Assembly (NCBI GenBank): GCA_028715295.1
Contig: JAQUSD010000001.1
Location: forward strand, 8,404-72,403
From: Candidatus Nanoarchaeia archaeon
Lineage (GTDB): Archaea; Nanobdellota; Nanobdellia; JAQUSD01
Reading direction: 5' to 3'
DNA length: 64,000 nt
Below, one piece after another: positions 39,185-48,004 of the stretch. A program made the translations under genes and the position numbers. The notes under the pieces are model-generated. The model was not told where the DNA came from. It ran no database searches and worked only from the letters and a program-made list of their open reading frames with translations. Numbering within the stretch: the stretch's first letter is position 1; each line of letters opens with the position of its first letter.

Positions 39185-42003
39185 TTCAAACTTTCTTCAA
39201 TAATCTTCTTTTCTTCCTCAGTTATCCCATATAACTTATAAACTAACTCATCAATTTTTTTATCAGTTTCTTTAATTTCATCTTCTATTTTCGCTCTCTC
39301 ATCCGTCTTTTTATCTCCCATCTCATTTAGTTTTTTATTTAGAGAAAGCATTTTGTCAACAAGTTCAATAATTGGTTTTTGCTGATTTTCAGGAGCCATT
39401 CTAATTGGTAAGTCTTTAAGATATGTTGTACTATACCTATAAACATGTCCTTTCTTTTTACCTATTCTTGACATATAATAAGTTAGAAGTGTAGAATTAA
39501 GTATTCCTAACAAATATTTATATTTTATATCAACATTTTCTTTTATCACAATTATAAAAACCTCAGCACCCCCGTTGTAATAACCGACATCATCCAAGGC
39601 AAATGAATTTTTAGGAGACAAATAAGGAACAACTAGTTTTATTTTTGCATTGTCAAAAAGTTGTTTATTTCTTAGGGTGCTTAAACTATACCATTCGCAT
39701 TGCTTATTTTTGTAAGCGTATCTTTCAGTTAGTTTATCTTTATGATCTAATAAATATTTTAATGTATTAGGAAACTTGTTAACGTCATCTTTTTTTGTTA
39801 AATAAATCATATAAAGATCATCATAATCAATAAAATATCTTTTAATATTCCCATTTTTTATATCTTTTACAAGTAAACTTTTTTCAATATTATACTTGTT
39901 AACTGTATCTTTTTTAATTTCAAACACAGCATTTAAACCAGTATCATATCCTTTACCAATGTAACTAATATCTTCCAATAACTTATTACCCATTTTAATT
40001 TTATTAATTAATGAATTTATTTTACTTGATTCAAGAAGCCAAGGTTCCTTTGTTAACTTATTTTGTGCAGTACTAAGCATATTCTGATTAGATAAATCAT
40101 TTTGTATATTAGCTATCTTCTTAAAATTAATTTGGTTTATTTGTCTCTCTTGTTTAATATTATTTTTTTCTAAAATAACAATGCATGTATGTATATTTGC
40201 ATCATTAAAAACTAAGTTATCCCCAAAATCAAGAATTTGCTTAATTTTCGCTTTATCTAAAATATATTCTCTTAATTTATCCGCCCATTTACTTTCTAAC
40301 CAATATCTAGAGGTTATAAACCCAAGATAACCTTTCTCTTTTAAAACATTTAAGCCAAGAAGTATAAAATAATAAAGTATATCTGATTGTCCTCTGAAAA
40401 CATTTTTCCATTTGTCATTTGTAGCAAAATAATTTTGAATGCCTTTGCCCGTTGTTTGCATATTAAAGTAGGGAGGATTACCAATAACAACATCAAAGCC
40501 CCCTTCTTTCATTACTTCACTGAATTCCTTATTCCAGTCAAAAGCCTTATCTCCAGCAACTTTAGAATCATCAATAAGGGAATTTCCATTCTTAATGTTC
40601 TGCTGTAATAAAGGTAATCTGTGTCCTCTCTCAGCAATCTTGAGTAAAAGATTAAGCTGTGCAATTTCAACAGCCTGTTTGTCCAAATCAACTCCAAAAA
40701 TATTATTCTTAAGTATGTTTGTTTTCCTAGTAAATGTAGTTCCTGAACCAGTGTCTAATTTAGTCTGAGAATAATACTTATCTTTTTCTTTCCAGTATTC
40801 ATTAAGAGTATCAAATGCTTTAATCAAAAATGAACCTGAACCGCAGGCAGGATCTAAAATCCTGATTTTCTCAGGGTTTACTTTCTTGTCTTTAAGAAGT
40901 TCTCCGATAGTATTTTTAACAATATAATCAACAATGTAAGTAGGAGTATAATAAATTCCATGTTCTTTTCTTTTTTTATGCCCTTCCTCAACCTTAGCTC
41001 TTTTACTGGTCTTCTTTAGAATATGCCCTAAATACTGTTCATAAATATTACCCAATACGTCAGCCTCAATAGCTGAAAAATCATAAAATATAGAATTGTC
41101 ATTAGTATGATATAATCCCGTTATGACATCAAAAAGAACATCATTTCCGATTTTTAATTTATCACACATATGTTCTGCAAAAATCTTACTGTTATACCTC
41201 TCATCAAAATAAGCAAATATTTCTTTTAATCTATCAACAACCATGCCTTTTCCACTGCTACGCCATTCTCTTAAACAACTAAGCAGTTTTATTTCTTCAA
41301 GCTCCCTGTCTTCACAGCTTCTTATAAATATTAATCTGTCAAGAATTCTTTGGACTGATTCATCAAGTTCATCTTCACTGACATTACCATTCATTTTAGT
41401 AATGCTTTTAGACAATAATTCCCTGAAATTAGTAAAGTCATTAAGAAGTTGCTGGTCAATAGACATCTTTTTTACTTTCTTGCCCCACCTCTCAGCTTCT
41501 TTACTTAGTAAGTTCTCCTTAAAACTTTCCTTGGATAATAACCACAATTCTTCAAACCTGTCAAGAAGTTCATAATAATTAAGAGTCTTAAGATGACTCT
41601 GCATTGGGTTAGCAGTTTTCCACTCTGCATTGAATATTTTTATTGTCTTAAAATCAGTCAAAACTGCCCAAGTACAGCTCTTATGCCATGCATAACTTAT
41701 TGCCTGTTTAATGTAATCCGGTTTATCTACACCTTCTTTAATTGATTTAGCTTCTAAGAAAAACTTAGGAACTCCGTTTAGTCTGAAACTGTAATCGACA
41801 AAACCTTTTGATATTTTTTCTTCAGCAGAAACTTCAGAAGAATCCTCAACATTCCAGCCCAAAGCTCTGAATAAAGGGAGAATGAAGTCTTTCTTAGTCA
41901 TTTCTTCATTGTAATTTTTAATCTTCTCTATGTTCCTGTTATACTTTTCTATTATTACTTTAATTTCCTGTTTTGCCTGTTCTTTTAATTTAATCTCAGT
42001 CAT
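39181..42003 (-). CDS. MmeI/Eco57I-like single-chain type IIG restriction-modification enzyme (PD-ExK nuclease + gamma-class N6-adenine MTase + TRD)
   Basis: N-terminal HsdR_N-like nuclease motif (GFVDYSF...FFLEAKSIK = D...ExK). MTase motifs X (GIYYTP), I (ILDPACGSGSFL) and IV (VVIGNPPYF). About 450 aa of C-terminal target-recognition region. 940 aa, as in MmeI-family enzymes. Confidence 0.75.
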   Translation of the reverse strand: MTEIKLKEQAKQEIKVIIEKYNRNIEKIKNYNEEMTKKDFILPLFRALGWNVEDSSEVSAEEKISKGFVDYSFRLNGVPKFFLEAKSIKEGVDKPDYIKQAISYAWHKSCTWAVLTDFKTIKIFNAEWKTANPMQSHLKTLNYYELLDRFEELWLLSKESFKENLLSKEAERWGKKVKKMSIDQQLLNDFTNFRELLSKSITKMNGNVSEDELDESVQRILDRLIFIRSCEDRELEEIKLLSCLREWRSSGKGMVVDRLKEIFAYFDERYNSKIFAEHMCDKLKIGNDVLFDVITGLYHTNDNSIFYDFSAIEADVLGNIYEQYLGHILKKTSKRAKVEEGHKKRKEHGIYYTPTYIVDYIVKNTIGELLKDKKVNPEKIRILDPACGSGSFLIKAFDTLNEYWKEKDKYYSQTKLDTGSGTTFTRKTNILKNNIFGVDLDKQAVEIAQLNLLLKIAERGHRLPLLQQNIKNGNSLIDDSKVAGDKAFDWNKEFSEVMKEGGFDVVIGNPPYFNMQTTGKGIQNYFATNDKWKNVFRGQSDILYYFILLGLNVLKEKGYLGFITSRYWLESKWADKLREYILDKAKIKQILDFGDNLVFNDANIHTCIVILEKNNIKQERQINQINFKKIANIQNDLSNQNMLSTAQNKLTKEPWLLESSKINSLINKIKMGNKLLEDISYIGKGYDTGLNAVFEIKKDTVNKYNIEKSLLVKDIKNGNIKRYFIDYDDLYMIYLTKKDDVNKFPNTLKYLLDHKDKLTERYAYKNKQCEWYSLSTLRNKQLFDNAKIKLVVPYLSPKNSFALDDVGYYNGGAEVFIIVIKENVDIKYKYLLGILNSTLLTYYMSRIGKKKGHVYRYSTTYLKDLPIRMAPENQQKPIIELVDKMLSLNKKLNEMGDKKTDERAKIEDEIKETDKKIDELVYKLYGITEEEKKIIEESLK

Positions 42004-42079
42004 TTTATGTATCTTTATCTAAACCCTCAGTTTTTAAAATATTATCCTTAAATGAAATTTTGTCCGTAAATAAAGAATA

Positions 42080-42421
42080 TTATACAGCACTGTAAGGTAA
42101 TTGGGTAGATAAGGATATCTCACTTATACACTTGTTTTCAGGCACCCTTATAGCAACTTCTTTTAGTACTAAAATAACTAATACAAAAAGAACATTCTGT
42201 ATTACTTTCTTAGTTATTTTAGCTTTTTTAATTGCTTTAAACAAACTTTTAGAGTAATTATAATTTTTAGAAACATTAAGAAGTTCAATACCTGCTATTT
42301 TATCCTCACTGTCAAAATCTATTACAGCATTACCATATCTTAATGAACTTTTAACCTCTTTTTTTTCATCAACAACATATAAAGAATCTGCAACAGGATT
42401 ATAATCAAACTTAAACTTCAT
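42080..42421 (-). CDS. DUF2283-family protein with C-terminal TM extension
   Basis: MKFKFDYNPVADSLYVV...IAGIELLNVSK matches the DUF2283 consensus (MKITYD.EADALYI...GIEILNAS). No DUF4258 partner is adjacent. Confidence 0.55.
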   Translation of the reverse strand: MKFKFDYNPVADSLYVVDEKKEVKSSLRYGNAVIDFDSEDKIAGIELLNVSKNYNYSKSLFKAIKKAKITKKVIQNVLFVLVILVLKEVAIRVPENKCISEISLSTQLPYSAV

Positions 42422-42582
42422 TTTCTTATCACCTTACCATGTCTTAACTTATACTTATTAATATGTCGTTTATTAACTATTTTTAAATGCTTTTTAATCA
42501 TAAGATAAATAGTGTATGCAATATATAGTGTATTGCATAAGCAAAAAGGTTTAAATATACTAATACTTATTAAAATTTAGAC

Positions 42583-42876
42583 ATGGCACAGGATTCTCAA
42601 TTAGTAATCGACTCTACTAAAGATTTTGTTAATCTTATTGATGAAAGAACGAAAAAAGCAATAGAATTATCTCAAGGCATGGTAAAGGAAGCAGTTGAAA
42701 CAGAGATGGATTTATTTAAATTTGAAATGTTATACGCAGTAACCGTACCAAAAACCCAAAGAGAAAAAACCGTTAAACAGATTAGAACTTTAAGAGATAC
42801 AGAATGGAAAAAAGCAATAAAAGAAGCTGATGGAGATGAACAAAAAGCTTTTGCTATTTATTGTAACGATTTTTAG
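42583..42876 (+). CDS. hypothetical protein
   Basis: 97-aa helical ORF. No motif. Confidence 0.3.
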   Translation: MAQDSQLVIDSTKDFVNLIDERTKKAIELSQGMVKEAVETEMDLFKFEMLYAVTVPKTQREKTVKQIRTLRDTEWKKAIKEADGDEQKAFAIYCNDF

Positions 42877-43402
42877 ATAGTGCATTTCTTATTTTATCAT
42901 CCAATTCTCGGGTATAAGTAGGGAAAGCCACAGCATTAAGCCCTATTACTTCACAGGCTTTTCTGAATTCATTGTCTATAGAATAAACCATGTTTATTCC
43001 GTTCTTTTTAAAATCAGCAATGATGAAATCATCCGGTTTATGTAAACCTATGTTTTCTTTTCTGCATTTTTCTCTCAAATCATACAATATTTTAGTATTA
43101 GTAGGGTCAGCATTAATAGTTCCTATTTTTTTCTTATTAATATAGGCAATAACTTCATCTCTTGCTTCTTCTTCAGTGTAATCCTCATATTTCATCAGAT
43201 TTTTCTTTGTTTCTTTCAAGCATGCCTGATGAGTAAAAATCAAATTATCATTATTGAATATCTCAGCTCGTTTTTTATCAAAATCCTCAACATATACAAT
43301 AAGATTATACAAAACACAGCTGTCTAAACCTACCTTCCTTACACCAGTATACGAAACTGTTCTTGATATCACAATTTCATTATTTCCACCTGCTTTTTTC
43401 AT
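42854..43402 (-). CDS. putative PIN-like domain protein
   Basis: VGLDSCVLYNLI first-strand Asp. Later acidic positions (DFIIADF, SIDNEF). TATA-like TTTATAAA ~27 nt upstream. Confidence 0.35.
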   Translation of the reverse strand: MKKAGGNNEIVISRTVSYTGVRKVGLDSCVLYNLIVYVEDFDKKRAEIFNNDNLIFTHQACLKETKKNLMKYEDYTEEEARDEVIAYINKKKIGTINADPTNTKILYDLREKCRKENIGLHKPDDFIIADFKKNGINMVYSIDNEFRKACEVIGLNAVAFPTYTRELDDKIRNALSKNRYNK

Positions 43403-43480
43403 CGTAATTTTGCAGTAATTTTTGATTTATAAATATTGTCCATACTTTATTTGACTGTACCACACGTTATGTTTTCTCTT

Positions 43481-43580
43481 AACATAATTAAACCTATAAG
43501 TCCTGTCACATCTAAAACACTTAATCCTCTTTCTACTACGAGTTTTCTGACAAAAACCACAAAAGTATCACTTAAAAACC
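43481..43580. repeat. direct repeat copy A (3' flank of hicA)
   Basis: acataattaaacctataagtcctgtcacatctaaaacacttaatcctctttct plus ...aaaagtatcacttaaaaacc. About 85% identical to copy B at 44242-44360. Confidence 0.7.
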
Positions 43581-43805
43581 TTCAATAAGTTCCTCTTTAC
43601 TTATCTCAGTTTGTTTTAAAATAGCCATTAATGTTCCCATAGGCATTGTTTTATTCCCATGGACCGCAACAATAGTCAGTAATATTTTTTTATCAATTTT
43701 TTTCTTCAATCTTACATGACTTCCTTTTGTACCAACTACCTCAAAACCCTTAGATTGAAGAAATTTTACCATCTCTTTGCCTTTTACAGCTGGTAATTTA
43801 CTCAT
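43572..43805 (-). CDS. hicA: HicA-family toxin (mRNA interferase)
   Basis: KGSHVRL...TIVAVHGNKTMPMGTLMAILKQTEIS closely matches the HicA signature (GSH...hP.HG.K.l..GTL..ILKQAG). Confidence 0.8.
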   Translation of the reverse strand: MSKLPAVKGKEMVKFLQSKGFEVVGTKGSHVRLKKKIDKKILLTIVAVHGNKTMPMGTLMAILKQTEISKEELIEGF

Positions 43806-44090
43806 CTAGCACCCCTGAGATACAGAAACCACTTTTCCTGAAGTAGGCACTACACCAATAGTTTTAGAAAATGTCATTTCTACAAATGCACCTATTACTT
43901 TAGGAGCATCAGGATCTTCAAAATACAATTCCAATGCTTCATCTACATTTTTTTTAGCTTCTTCAATAGTATCACCAAATGAAGAAACATCCACTAATGG
44001 ACAGGTAGCCACGATACTTTTTTTATTGTCTACTATTTCTTCTGTGATAACAATTGGTAATGGAAATGGTAATTTTTTCATTTTTTTCAC
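43806..44090 (-). CDS. hicB: HicB-like antitoxin (UPF0150/RNase H-like fold)
   Basis: 94 aa, directly abutting hicA upstream on the same strand. VATCPLVDVSSFGDTIEEAKKNVDEALELYFE fits the HicB N-domain. Confidence 0.6.
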   Translation of the reverse strand: MKKMKKLPFPLPIVITEEIVDNKKSIVATCPLVDVSSFGDTIEEAKKNVDEALELYFEDPDAPKVIGAFVEMTFSKTIGVVPTSGKVVSVSQGC

Positions 44091-44241
44091 CTTTTTTTGA
44101 GTTTTAGTTTTTAATTTTTTAACCTTATAAGGTTTTCTAGAGCTTCTGCTACTTTCCTAACAATTTATGCAGAATAATAAACCTCTGTCTCCACAGTAAG
44201 TATGTAAGTATGCATTATTTATATTCATTTCCATTAATCCC

Positions 44242-44360
44242 CACATAATTAAACTGGTAAGTCCTCTCACATCTAAAACACTTAACCCTCTTTTCCTGTT
44301 AATAAAAGGGGCTTCCCTAATTCAGGTGATTTCCAAGCAAAAAGTATCATTTAAAACTCA
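44242..44360. repeat. direct repeat copy B (5' flank of hicB)
   Basis: acataattaaactggtaagtcctctcacatctaaaacacttaaccctcttttcct plus ...aaaagtatcatttaaaactc. Confidence 0.7.
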
Positions 44361-44525
44361 GCCAAAAACCTTTTGGACTATTAACTTTAAATGCTTTTAA
44401 CACCAAAATAAACCTTGTTATATCAGCATACTCATGTATCCAACATATAATTATTTACGCCGAGGGATTAATCCCTATATTTTCATTACTTGTATGAGAA
44501 TATTACGCCGAGGGAGAGATTCGAA

Positions 44526-44609
44526 CTCTCGCCTCCCAGGGGAGACAGACTTTCAAGGCCTGCGCATTAGACCGCTCTGCCACCTCGGCATATCTAAAAA
44601 TAGGTTAAA
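44526..44609 (-). tRNA. tRNA-Ser (anticodon UGA), class II, CCA not encoded
   Basis: The reverse complement folds with acceptor GCCGAGG/CCTCGGC, anticodon stem CAGGC/GTCTG, loop CTTGAAA (anticodon TGA), a long variable arm, and T-arm GAGAG-TTCGAAT-CTCTC. Confidence 0.85.
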
Positions 44610-44638
44610 ATTATGGTTTTTAAATCTTTTTATAAATA

Positions 44639-44968
44639 ATGATTTCAAGTGCAGAAACATTTATATATCAATTGATATATAAAATTCTCATGAATAACCA
44701 GGCGCTTAAAAATCCCTTTGCAAGATCTCCTACATTAGAAACAGTGCTTTTGGTTGAAAAATCAGTTGAGAAATACAGTGGTGAATTCAACAGAACTGAA
44801 TTATGGAAGAAACTGCCTAAAAAAATAATGTGGCAGACCTACCTTGTAATTTTGGATTATCTTAAGGAAATAAACAAAGTAGCTTTTGATAAAAATGGGA
44901 AAATTGCATATATATGGAATCCCGAACTCATGAAGAGATTAAGACAAAGAAAGTCTGTTGGGGTGTAA
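44639..44968 (+). CDS. hypothetical protein
   Basis: 109-aa ORF immediately upstream of the RelE-like gene. No motif. Confidence 0.3.
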   Translation: MISSAETFIYQLIYKILMNNQALKNPFARSPTLETVLLVEKSVEKYSGEFNRTELWKKLPKKIMWQTYLVILDYLKEINKVAFDKNGKIAYIWNPELMKRLRQRKSVGV

Positions 44969-45030
44969 TTATCGGAAATTAAGGACACCTTTGGGAAGCA
45001 AATATAAACAAAAAGTTCTAATCAAACCAT

Positions 45031-45360
45031 ATGATTAAAGCCTCAAAAGTTGTTTTTATATCTGATGAATTGGAAGGTTATTTTAATTCATTAAGTGATG
45101 AAGAACCTCTTAAGAAAGCAATAGTAAAGGCGATAAAAAATCTAAATTATAATGCATTCTCAGGCATCCAAATACCAAAAAAATTAATTCCAAAAGATTA
45201 TGTCCAGAATTACAAAATAAATAATTTATGGAAATTAAATCTAATCAATGGATGGAGACTTTTATACACTGTGACAGCAGACAATAAAGTAGAATTGATT
45301 TCAGCGATACTTGAGTGGTTCAGTCATAAAGAATATGAAAGAAAATTAAAATATAAATAA
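45031..45360 (+). CDS. RelE/ParE-superfamily toxin-like protein
   Basis: C-terminal NNLWKLNLINGWRLLYTVTADNKVELISAILEWFSHKEYER matches the RelE/YoeB-type pattern (LW.l.l...WRliY.v.....v.il.i..H..Y). Confidence 0.45.
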   Translation: MIKASKVVFISDELEGYFNSLSDEEPLKKAIVKAIKNLNYNAFSGIQIPKKLIPKDYVQNYKINNLWKLNLINGWRLLYTVTADNKVELISAILEWFSHKEYERKLKYK

Positions 45361-45382
45361 AAAAGGGGCTAAACCCCTTTTC

Positions 45383-45571
45383 TTAAATAAGTTCTCCAAG
45401 GTCTATTTCTGAATAGTCGTCTATGATTGTGTCTTCAAGGTTGTCTAACACACCCTGAGCTTCATCAGGTGTTAATTCTTCTCCGCCTGTTGTGTCTGAT
45501 ATTGTTGCTGTGCATCCCAATAGAAATGTAATCCCCAACATAGCTATTAAAAACAGTGGCATTAGCTTCAT
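45383..45571 (-). CDS. small secreted/lipobox-like acidic protein
   Basis: Signal helix plus LLGC. Overlaps the upstream gene by 4 nt. Confidence 0.35.
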   Translation of the reverse strand: MKLMPLFLIAMLGITFLLGCTATISDTTGGEELTPDEAQGVLDNLEDTIIDDYSEIDLGELI

Positions 45572-46830
45572 TGGTTATTACCTCCATTGTTGTTTGCAGT
45601 TCCCAGCATTCCATTTCCTACACTAATCTGTATTCTTGCCTGTGTTGATTCTATTCTGTCGTTTATGTTTTCAACAACTTTTCCTACAACATCAGAATCT
45701 GAGAGTATTCCAGCGACATTTTCAGCTCTTGTCTGAAGCCTCTCTATTTTTTGGTTAGCGTAGTTTTCCATTACTTCATTCACTACTGTGTTTCTTGAAA
45801 CAACTGCTCTTGTAATGTCTTCCTTTGCTTTTACAAGAACCTGATTTTTAACAGCTTGTTCAAATGTTTCTATTCTTTCTTTTATCTGTTCTCTTATCTG
45901 CACTGCATTTAATTCTCCGTTCATAACCTGCTGTGCAATCTGAACAGCATCTCCATTTGTTTCCCTGAACAGACTCTCAACCCTCAAGGCATTGTATTCT
46001 CTAACGTTTTCCTGAACTCTCAGCTGTGTTTCAGCAAGTTCATTCCTTATTTTATTCTCAACGCTTTCTTTAATCTGTGCTCTTACACTTTGGTTTGGAA
46101 GCATTTCATGAACTTTTGTCTTAAAACTTTGTGTAAGTTCAACTGCATCCTGTTTAAGTTCAACAAACTGTTTTGCAGACTCGTCAGCAGTCATACCTGA
46201 AATTTCCAATGAAGTAACTTCTTCTTTCAAAACCTGCATTTCAGCAACAATTGCTTCAAGTTCACTTACATCAGCTGATTCATCTCTTTCAAGTATGTTT
46301 GCTATGATGTCATTTGCATGAACTATTGCTTTTTCAATTGCAAGTTCAAGCTGAAGAAGTCTTACTTCTGCACCATGCTGGTATGCCATGATGACAGCTT
46401 CAGCTTTTGTTTCTTCAGGTATTTCAACTTCTTCAGTTGTTTCTTCTGAAGTTTCTTCAATTACCAATCCTGTGCATCTGTAATTAATTTCAGATTCACC
46501 AGTTTCAATGTCAACAACACATGCTGGACTGCATCCTTCCATTGGCTCATTAAGAACCAAGTCAATCCACCATGTTCCTGTTACATCATTGCAAGTTCCT
46601 TCACTTGCAAGAGTGCCTGATATAGCACAATCCCCTGCTCCGGCAATTTCCAGTGCTTCCTCAATTCCCATTATTAATCCGGTTGGAGAAATACATGTTG
46701 TGTCTGGTTCTTCAAAGCTAGTAACGACAACGTCCATGCCTTCTTCCAATTCTGCGCCTTCAACAGCATAGGCTGTTGAGCCTAATAGGAATACTGAAAA
46801 CAGTATTGCCAAAGCCGTTTTTGTTTTCAT
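45568..46830 (-). CDS. secreted acidic coiled-coil protein
   Basis: N-terminal signal peptide (MKTKTALAILFSVFLLGSTAYA), a Cys-containing acidic domain, then ~250 aa of Glu/Gln-rich coiled coil. Confidence 0.45.
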   Translation of the reverse strand: MKTKTALAILFSVFLLGSTAYAVEGAELEEGMDVVVTSFEEPDTTCISPTGLIMGIEEALEIAGAGDCAISGTLASEGTCNDVTGTWWIDLVLNEPMEGCSPACVVDIETGESEINYRCTGLVIEETSEETTEEVEIPEETKAEAVIMAYQHGAEVRLLQLELAIEKAIVHANDIIANILERDESADVSELEAIVAEMQVLKEEVTSLEISGMTADESAKQFVELKQDAVELTQSFKTKVHEMLPNQSVRAQIKESVENKIRNELAETQLRVQENVREYNALRVESLFRETNGDAVQIAQQVMNGELNAVQIREQIKERIETFEQAVKNQVLVKAKEDITRAVVSRNTVVNEVMENYANQKIERLQTRAENVAGILSDSDVVGKVVENINDRIESTQARIQISVGNGMLGTANNNGGNNQ

Positions 46831-46925
46831 TTTTAATTACCTCATAATTTCTTACTGTTTAATTTAAAGGATGGAACAGGATATATAAGTTAGCTGGAAC
46901 AAAGCGGAATAATGTGGAAAAACAG

Positions 46926-47639
46926 CTATTTTTCTTTTGGTTTAAGAATAATTGCATTAGTCATGCCTTTTCTTTCCTTTAACACCACATCCTTAAGCAT
47001 CAATGTTTTAATGTTTCTTGAAAGTGAGGCTTTTGGGAGATTAGTCATTTCCATAAGTTGCTTCTGTGTCAAAGCCTTATGCTTTTCAAGAAGTTCAACA
47101 ATGTCCTTCTGCCTGTCAGTCAATCCATACATCTTTATCTCAGGAACCTGCTTTGGTTTTCTTAATCTTGCAATAAAATAAATTATTATAAATAAAATAA
47201 TACCTATTGCTGAGACAAGTGTTACGAGGGCAGGCCAGTCATAATAAAGAGCATTGTTGGTGATTGAATATTGGACTATGACTTCAAAAGATTTGTTGCT
47301 TGCAGAACCTATAATAGAGATGTAATTTGATGAACTCTCAATTCTGAAAGTTGCTGATGAACGGATATAATTGACTGATGCTCCCTGAGGCAGACTAATG
47401 TGGTAAAGATAATCTGAAAAATTTCCGGGGATTGAAATGTTTAAAATCCAGAGTTCCTGATGTTTTGAAGTGTAGATGTCATTGTTAGATGTTATTAATG
47501 AGGGATGATTTGTTTTTCCAGATATTGAAACTTTTCCTGACAAATCCACATTTACAACCACATCAGCGTAATAATTGGGTGTAGCATATACAGAGCCTAT
47601 AATAAACAAAGCTGTGGTTACAAAAACTAATTCTTTCAT
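46926..47639 (-). CDS. membrane-anchored winged-helix transcriptional regulator with N-terminal extracytoplasmic domain
   Basis: Signal peptide, ~130-aa ectodomain, TM helix (LVTLVSAIGIILFIIIYFIA), then a cytoplasmic MarR/TrmB-like wHTH (LTDRQKDIVELLEKHKALTQKQLMEMTNLPKASLSRNIKTLMLKDVV). Confidence 0.5.
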   Translation of the reverse strand: MKELVFVTTALFIIGSVYATPNYYADVVVNVDLSGKVSISGKTNHPSLITSNNDIYTSKHQELWILNISIPGNFSDYLYHISLPQGASVNYIRSSATFRIESSSNYISIIGSASNKSFEVIVQYSITNNALYYDWPALVTLVSAIGIILFIIIYFIARLRKPKQVPEIKMYGLTDRQKDIVELLEKHKALTQKQLMEMTNLPKASLSRNIKTLMLKDVVLKERKGMTNAIILKPKEK

Positions 47640-47734
47640 TATTAAATTTAAAAAGTTTATATATTAAAAATGTTAAGAATTGCATAAATTCAAGCATGAA
47701 TATACTTAAATAATTCAATAATGTATTTTATGTT

Positions 47735-48004
47735 ATGGTGGAATCCCATTTACTGATATTTTACGGAGAAGAATGTGAAATATGCCACCAGATGGATGAA
47801 AAAATATTCAAGCCTATGGAAAAAGAAGGGTTCAAATTCAAGCGTCTTGAAGTGTGGCACAATGATGCAAATAAAAGAAAGATGATGCAGCTTACAGATG
47901 GACAGTGCAGACAATTACCCATGCTTTTCAACACAAAAACAAGCAAATGGCTGTGCGGTTCTCAGGGAAGTTCAGCAGTCAAAAAGTGGGCAAAGGGAGA
48001 GTAA
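47735..48004 (+). CDS. glutaredoxin-like thioredoxin-fold protein
   Basis: CEIC (CxxC) near the N-terminus. About 89 aa. Immediately precedes lipA. Confidence 0.45.
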   Translation: MVESHLLIFYGEECEICHQMDEKIFKPMEKEGFKFKRLEVWHNDANKRKMMQLTDGQCRQLPMLFNTKTSKWLCGSQGSSAVKKWAKGE

